64,000 bases of DNA from Scyliorhinus canicula. Taxonomy: Eukaryota. The notes under the pieces were generated by a model. That model saw only the letters and a list, made by a program, of their open reading frames with translations. It made no database searches and had not been told where the DNA came from. The stretch spans positions 137,434,737 through 137,498,736 of the forward strand of contig NC_052160.1 of NCBI RefSeq assembly GCF_902713615.1. The letters are read 5' to 3'. This document shows, one piece after another, positions 59,601 through 64,000 of this stretch. Position numbers and translations under genes: made by a program. The first letter of the stretch is position 1, and each line of letters opens with the position of its first letter.

Positions 59601-60758
59601 AGAATGCAAAATGTATTGCCGTGGTTGAATACGTGTCATACATAGGGGCTGGTTTAGCACAGGGCTAAACCGCTGGCTTTTAAAGCAGACCAAGGCAGGC
59701 CAGCAGCACAGTTCAATTCCCTTACCAGCCATCCCCGAACAGGCGCCGGAATGTGGTGACTAGGGGCTTTTCACAGTAACTTCATTTGAAGCCTGCTTGT
59801 GACAATAAGTGATTTTCATTTCATTACGTGCATTCAATGGAAGTTGGATAAGCAGTTGAAGGAGAAAGAAATAGAAAGATATGTGGAAGAGGGGTAGAAT
59901 CAGCAAGAAAAGGAGAACAACAAGAAAAAGACGTTTTCAGATTAATTTTTTTAAAATTTACTCATGTGATGTGGGCCTCACTGGCCCAGAATTTATTGCC
60001 CATCCCTAATTTCCCTCAACTGAGTGATTCATGAGCCATTTCAGAGGCAACCACATTGGTGTAGTCCTTGAGCCCCATATAGGCCAGGCCAGGTTGGGGC
60101 AGCAGATTTCCCCTCCCAAAAGGAAATTAGCGAACCAGATGCACTTTTCTTTTAAATGAAAATTGGTTCATGGTCATCATTAGAATTTTAATTCCAGATT
60201 TTTTATTGAATTCAAATTTCACCATCTGCTGTTGTGAGATTTGAACCCAGGTCCATAGCATTACCCTGGGCCGCTGGATTACCAGGCGAGTGACAATCCC
60301 ACTATGCCACTGCCTCCACTGCGTCTGTGCTGTAAATATATTTAAAATAATTTGCCATGCTTTATAAACTGATCTGTAATCGTTGATAAGTAGCTTTCTC
60401 CTCATATCTGCGCAAAGCACCATTCAGGTTAATCATAAATGCAATCTTTTTGTTATTTTAGCAATTGGCAGCAGAGGAAGAGAACATTGTGTATGCAGAT
60501 GTAAACCGCCTTAACAGGAACTCAGCGAGAACACAGAGAGAGGGAACTGTCCAGCTGACTAATGATGAAATCACATATGCAGCAGTGCAGTTTCAGAAGA
60601 AATCGTCCAGAAGGAGCAATGAAATGTCCAGACATTCAGCTTACAACATGGACGGTGCTATCTACAGTAACATCACCATACAGAGCCAACCACCAAAGGA
60701 AAATCCAAAATCTCCGCAGGAATCCGAAATGTCAACTTACGCAAACGGTACTTATTAG
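35596..60758 (+). CDS. Gene 2 (complete, 408 aa, spliced): paralogous inhibitory CD300/pIgR-like V + FCRL-like C2 receptor (MDIR-like)
   Basis: Exons of 37+312+324+115+89+53+297 = 1227 nt give 408 aa plus stop. All introns GT-AG. Signal peptide MRILILLICSLPVSGA. Confidence 0.92.
38688..38999 (+). CDS. Gene 2 Ig V-domain exon
   Basis: ctcctcag|TT TCA GGT GCA ... TCC GAA G|gtacct; motifs IDCHY, KYWCHGWSRQC, DTGWYSCG. Confidence 0.93.
40188..40820. mobile_element. Harbinger-type MITE, right end missing
   Basis: Left TIR gggcgcgattctc; internal homology to the other MITEs. Confidence 0.65.
40962..41671. mobile_element. Harbinger-type MITE
   Basis: gggcgggattct ... agaatttcgccc; TSD CTG. Confidence 0.82.
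42632..43014 (+). mobile_element. Solo LTR, family A, second copy
   Basis: Same start tgtcataatatacacc; ends aaacttca; TSD TGACC/TGACA (1 mismatch). Confidence 0.85.
45152..45827. mobile_element. Harbinger-type MITE
   Basis: gggcgtgattctcc ... ggagaatcgcgccc; TSD AAC. Confidence 0.82.
45863..45983. repeat. Local tandem duplications (11 bp x2 and 50 bp x2, period 53)
   Basis: ctggtcaacaa at 45863 and 45874; acaatgtgggcagg...gcagctg at 45881-45930 and 45934-45983. Confidence 0.9.
46147..46470 (+). CDS. Gene 2 Ig C2-type exon
   Basis: cccacag|AA TCC ... AGC ATT G|gtaagt; 95/108 aa identical to the gene 1 C2 exon (hand count). Confidence 0.92.
46620..46905 (+). mobile_element. Old tRNA-derived SINE (unnamed here); inverted copy at ~59960-60330
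   Basis: gggttcaaatcccacc B box; ctaatgtccttcagggaagg..tgtgactccagacccacagc core in both copies. Confidence 0.6.
47058..47699. mobile_element. Harbinger-type MITE
   Basis: ggccgagattctcc ... ggagaatcctgccc; TSD CTG. Confidence 0.8.
48850..49200 (-). mobile_element. Decayed APE-endonuclease fragment of a CR1/L2-type LINE
   Basis: Minus translation HVPRKIQRG*SPLYLR..FE..LNLLLI.RNPP resembles H.PR..RGGGVALY..FE..L.L..IYRPP. Confidence 0.45.
50209..50323 (+). CDS. Gene 2 stalk exon
   Basis: ttcaacag|GA CCT AAA TAT TCT TGT ... GCT GAA AG|gtacaa encodes GPKYSCEVSSTESPASTHSMSRSSTSKQSESSDSKNAE. Confidence 0.88.
50336..51375 (+). mobile_element. 5'-truncated CR1 LINE with an uninterrupted RT C-terminal frame, inserted 12 bp into the gene 2 stalk-TM intron
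   Basis: SGVPQGSVLGPLLF.LYINDL..VADDTK..MEFNPDKCEVMH..RPHLEYSVQFWSP; (tgttctt)n tail; the empty site is visible in gene 1 (gtacgatgttct|cattaatgcc). Confidence 0.92.
52422..52940 (-). mobile_element. CR1 LINE 3' fragment
   Basis: ORF 52501..52971: QFWSPHYRKDVEALERVQRRFTRMLPG..FFTQRVV; (tagaa)n-type tail. Confidence 0.88.
54030..54118 (+). CDS. Gene 2 transmembrane exon (uncharged)
   Basis: tatcacag|T CTG ATT TAC ... AAG G|gtgagt encodes LIYIVLGVLAAILIVFVVSLLLYLKINNK. Confidence 0.92.
54945..55810 (-). mobile_element. Stack of three type-A SINEs, one nested inside another
   Basis: The SINE at ~55330-55650 splits another at ccaccta|..ctgcacatc. Confidence 0.75.
56632..57324. mobile_element. 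Harbinger-type MITE
   Basis: gggcgggattgtcc ... ggagaatcccgccc; TSD ATC. Confidence 0.82.
58642..58733. repeat. 45-bp tandem duplication
   Basis: tgatttatt(a/c)acactatatgtaaggtaggttacagagtaggtatgtg occurs twice. Confidence 0.9.
59475..59527 (+). CDS. Gene 2 short cytoplasmic exon
   Basis: tttttcag|GT TCA ATT ... GAT CAG|gtaagg encodes GSIGTLCHRRDKTLRDDQ. Confidence 0.87.
60462..60758 (+). CDS. Gene 2 terminal cytoplasmic exon (three ITIM-like motifs, fourth degenerate)
   Basis: ttttag|CAA TTG GCA; motifs IVYADV, ITYAAV, AIYSNI, then STYANG; stop TAG. Confidence 0.92.
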   Translation, partial: QLAAEEENIVYADVNRLNRNSARTQREGTVQLTNDEITYAAVQFQKKSSRRSNEMSRHSAYNMDGAIYSNITIQSQPPKENPKSPQESEMSTYANGTY

Positions 60759-61619
60759 GAAATCCATTCAGCTGGTGCACATGTTGCTTATTGCTTCTTA
60801 CTTTGCATCTCAGTTACGTTGAATTTCTTCCACCACGAGCTGCCCGCATGTTTGCTTTTGTCTAATTCTTCCCATAACTCTGGAATTGTTCTCTCCATTT
60901 CCACTGCGCCTCCCAGATTGGCAAATCCATTTACCTGGAGTTTCTGAGAACAGGTCATTCACATAAATCAGAGTGGTATCAATATCAAGGCTTGTAGCTC
61001 CCCATTCAGTGGCCACTCCCCCCACTGCCCTGAAATACTCACAGCTGAGGCTAGCTTGACAGCACTCTTCCCTGTCTGATCACAGGTCCCAAGTTCAAGT
61101 TCCATACGAGGGCTTGGTTACAACACTTGCAGTCGTCGCTCCATTATAGTACTGATGAGCTCCTGAAATTGGGAGATGTCTTTTCTTCTGCCATCCTTGC
61201 GGGCGGCGAGTTCAAGCTCAACGCTAATTACTGGGATAAAAAGTTCTTCTTCACATCCTCGCGCCCCCCCCCCCCCCACCCCACCCCACCCTGGACGTCT
61301 CTTACTGAAAACCTTAAATCTGTGTCTCCCAGTTCTTGCACCATCACCCAATGGGAAGAAACCAATTGTAATCTTGTGGACCTCTGCCAAATCTCCCATC
61401 AGCCCACTTTGCTCCATCTTTGACATTTTTTGATACTGAAATACACAAAGGGAAATGGGGTAAGATAAGGGGGCAGGCTTGAAGGGCCTGGTGACTGCGT
61501 CTATTTCTTGTGTTCTAATGGATGGATTTCAACGAAACGTGGCACACATATGAGTTACGCCCCAAGGAAGAGCTGATTAATTTTTGGCGAGGATCCGGAT
61601 CCTGGAATTTTTATTTTAA

Positions 61620-61980
61620 AGGCATTGGGTTGACGTATGAGGAGAGATTAAACAGCTTGGGCCTATGCTCATACGAGTCTGGAAGAATGAGAGGGGATCT
61701 GATCGAGGTGTATAAATGAGATTGATAAAGTAAACATAGACCAAATGTTCCCATTGTGAGGTAATCTAGAACTAGAGGTCACAGATATAGGTTGAGAGGC
61801 GGTAGATTTAGAATTGAGATGAGGAGGAACTACTTCTCGCAGAGGGTGGTGAATTTGTGGAACTCGCTGCCCCATAGAGCGGTGGAGTCTGAATCATTGA
61901 AAATTTTCAAGAAGGAGATAGATATATTTCTGATTTTAAAAACAGGTTAAAGGGATATTGGGGAACAGGTAGGGAAGTGG
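61620..61980 (+). mobile_element. CR1 LINE 3' fragment (a further decayed minus-strand piece at ~61080-61400)
   Basis: LTYEERLNSLGL..RMRGDLIEVYK; ttctcgcagagggtggtgaatttgtggaactc. Confidence 0.8.
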
Positions 61981-61999
61981 ATTTGAGACCAGGAAGACA

Positions 62000-62580
62000 T
62001 TCGGCATGTCCACATTAACCTTTACCAACTTTTACAGATGCACTATAGAAAGCATCCTATCGGGCTGCATCACAGCCTGGTATGCCAACTGCTTGGCACA
62101 GGACCGCAAGGAACTTCAGAGAGTCGTGAATACCGCCCAGTCCATCACACAAACCTGCCTCCCATCCATGGACTCCATCTACACCTCCCGCTGCCTGGGG
62201 AAGACGGGCAGCATAATCAAAGATCCCTCCCACCTGGCTTACTCACTTTTCCAACGGGCAGGAGATACAGAAGTCTGAGAACATGCACGAACAGACTCAA
62301 AAACAGCTTCTTCCCCAACGTTACCAGACTCCTAAATGACCCTCTTAAGGACTGACCTCATTAACACTACACCCTGTATGCTTCATCCGATGCCAGTGCT
62401 TATGTAGTTACAATGTATATCTTATGTTGCCGTATTATGTATTTTCTTGTATTTTCTTGAATTTTGTTTAATTCCCTTTTCTTCCCATGTACTGAATGAT
62501 CTGTTGAGCTGCTTGCAGAAAAATACTTTTCACTGTACCTCGGTACACGTGACAATAAACAAATCCAATCCAATCCAATC
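62000..62580 (+). mobile_element. Rex1/Babar-type LINE 3' end
   Basis: TNFYRCTIESILSGCITAWYANC..DRKELQRVV..KDPSH..RLKNSFFP; (caatc)n tail. The same 3' end occurs inverted at ~49630-49915. Confidence 0.75.
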
Positions 62581-64000
62581 AGCCATGATCTGTGTATGCA
62601 TGTGTGCGCCAGCTCCTAATTCCTATGTTCCTTTTGGGAGATAGGGCGAGTTGACTGTTTTTGAATGTGGTGGGTTGCTTTACTTCGAATGTTGTTGATT
62701 GTTTTGAAATGTTGTGGATTGTCTCAACTGCAATTCGCCACATCAGTCAAAACAGGAGCAGATCAGATCATCCCTGTCCTCCATACTCAAGGGGAGTCCA
62801 AGTCAACTTTACGTAACCCGTCCCCATAATCCAACTCTCTAAACCTTTTAAAGTAATTCCAGTGAAGTTACGCTGTGCCTCTTAACAGTCTGGAGGGACT
62901 TGGAAGGAATAGAACTTCTTGTTGACAATCCTTAAGATGTAACCAGTTCTTGGAGCATGTATAACTTTGCTACAGAGAGAGTTTGAGACAGAGACCATTG
63001 CGTGTTTAGACTAAAGTACAGAAATGTAAGGACCAATGAGGAGGGAGCAGGGAGGTTTGGATCACTCCAGCAAAGAGTTAACTTAGACACAATGAAATGA
63101 AATGAAATGAAAATCACTTATTGTCACGAGTAGGCTTCAAATGAAGTTACTGTGAAAAGCCCCTAGTCGCCACATTCCGGCACCTGTTCGGGGAGACTGT
63201 TACGGGAATCGAACCGTGCTGCTGGCCTGCCTTGGTCTGCTTTCAAAGCCAGCGATTTAGCCCGGTGCTAAACAGCCCCTGGGCCAATTAGCTTCCAACT
63301 GTGCAGTAAACTTAACTGGTTATTGAAAAAAACTTGATCACCCATGACACACGACTTTATAATCGTGAACATCAGAAGGCCTCCACACCATCTAATTGAG
63401 AATTTTGATAAGATAGAGAAAAGCAGAATAAACTGTGGCACCATTTTAAGATTATCACCCAAGGCACATGAGGAGAGGTTATGAGGACTCTTATTGTAAC
63501 ACAGAAATTTGTTACCATGTTGCCCCGACCAAAAGCAATGGTGGCACCATTTTATTTTTTCATTTAAAAGACCACAAGGAAACAGCAATGGGCCGGGACT
63601 AATCAGATAGGTCTTTCAGAGAGCCACCACAAAGAGGTCAAATGTTCATCTTCTATACTGTAAGCAAACAAATCCTGAGGTCACTCAGAGTTGAATTGCT
63701 CCATGAGGAAGAAAAATTGCAAGGTGCTTATACTTCTGGCTCCACATCATAACTATCTTTTTCCTTTTTAAGAAACATGCTTGAAGCAATAAAGTGGTGT
63801 GCGTGTGCACGTGTGTATGTAATTTAAAAAAAAAAATGCTTCAAACTGTATCGGGAGCAATGTTACTGGGCGATAACGTGTCTTCGGATTCAATGTTCAA
63901 TTGTCATTGGATCAGTGGTGGCACATCCTAACCAATGGTCAGATTGTTTTTCGAAAAATCCTTCCATCAAACCTTTCTTAAAACTGTTTTTAAAAATCTC

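Overview
Eukaryotic genomic DNA with no prokaryotic features. The repeat content (HE1/V-SINE-like and Deu-domain SINEs, CR1, L1, Rex1/Babar, Penelope, Harbinger MITEs) points to a cartilaginous fish, probably a shark (inference). The window holds two tandem, same-strand (+) paralogous multi-exon immune-receptor genes inside dense transposon debris. Shared architecture: signal peptide, CD300/pIgR/TREM-type Ig V domain, FCRL-like Ig C2 domain with extra cysteines, Ser/Thr-rich stalk, uncharged TM, short cytoplasmic exon, and a terminal exon with 3-4 ITIM-type motifs. This resembles the MDIR (modular domain immune-type receptor) family described in skate. Gene 1: exons 4181-4492, 9769-10092, 13115-13229, 16432-16520, 16998-17050, 19805-20101; leader not found, probably upstream of the window. 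Gene 2 is complete (408 aa): 35596-35632, 38688-38999, 46147-46470, 50209-50323, 54030-54118, 59475-59527, 60462-60758. All introns are GT-AG, with matching phases and exon lengths in both genes. Main points of interest: (1) V exons are strongly diverged (64/100 aa identical) while C2 and tail exons are homogenised, including a 164-bp identical tract; (2) exon phases predict secreted decoy isoforms on skipping the TM or stalk exon; (3) gene 2 has lost the terminal ITIM; (4) a CR1 RT fragment sits in frame just behind the gene 2 stalk exon; (5) a Penelope-type palindrome carries two hammerhead-ribozyme motifs; (6) six solo LTRs of three families, and Harbinger MITEs with N-W-N target duplications. 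Most long ORFs in the supplied track are transposon-derived or spurious. Exon coordinates and those TE ends with a stated TSD were counted by hand; other repeat boundaries are approximate.
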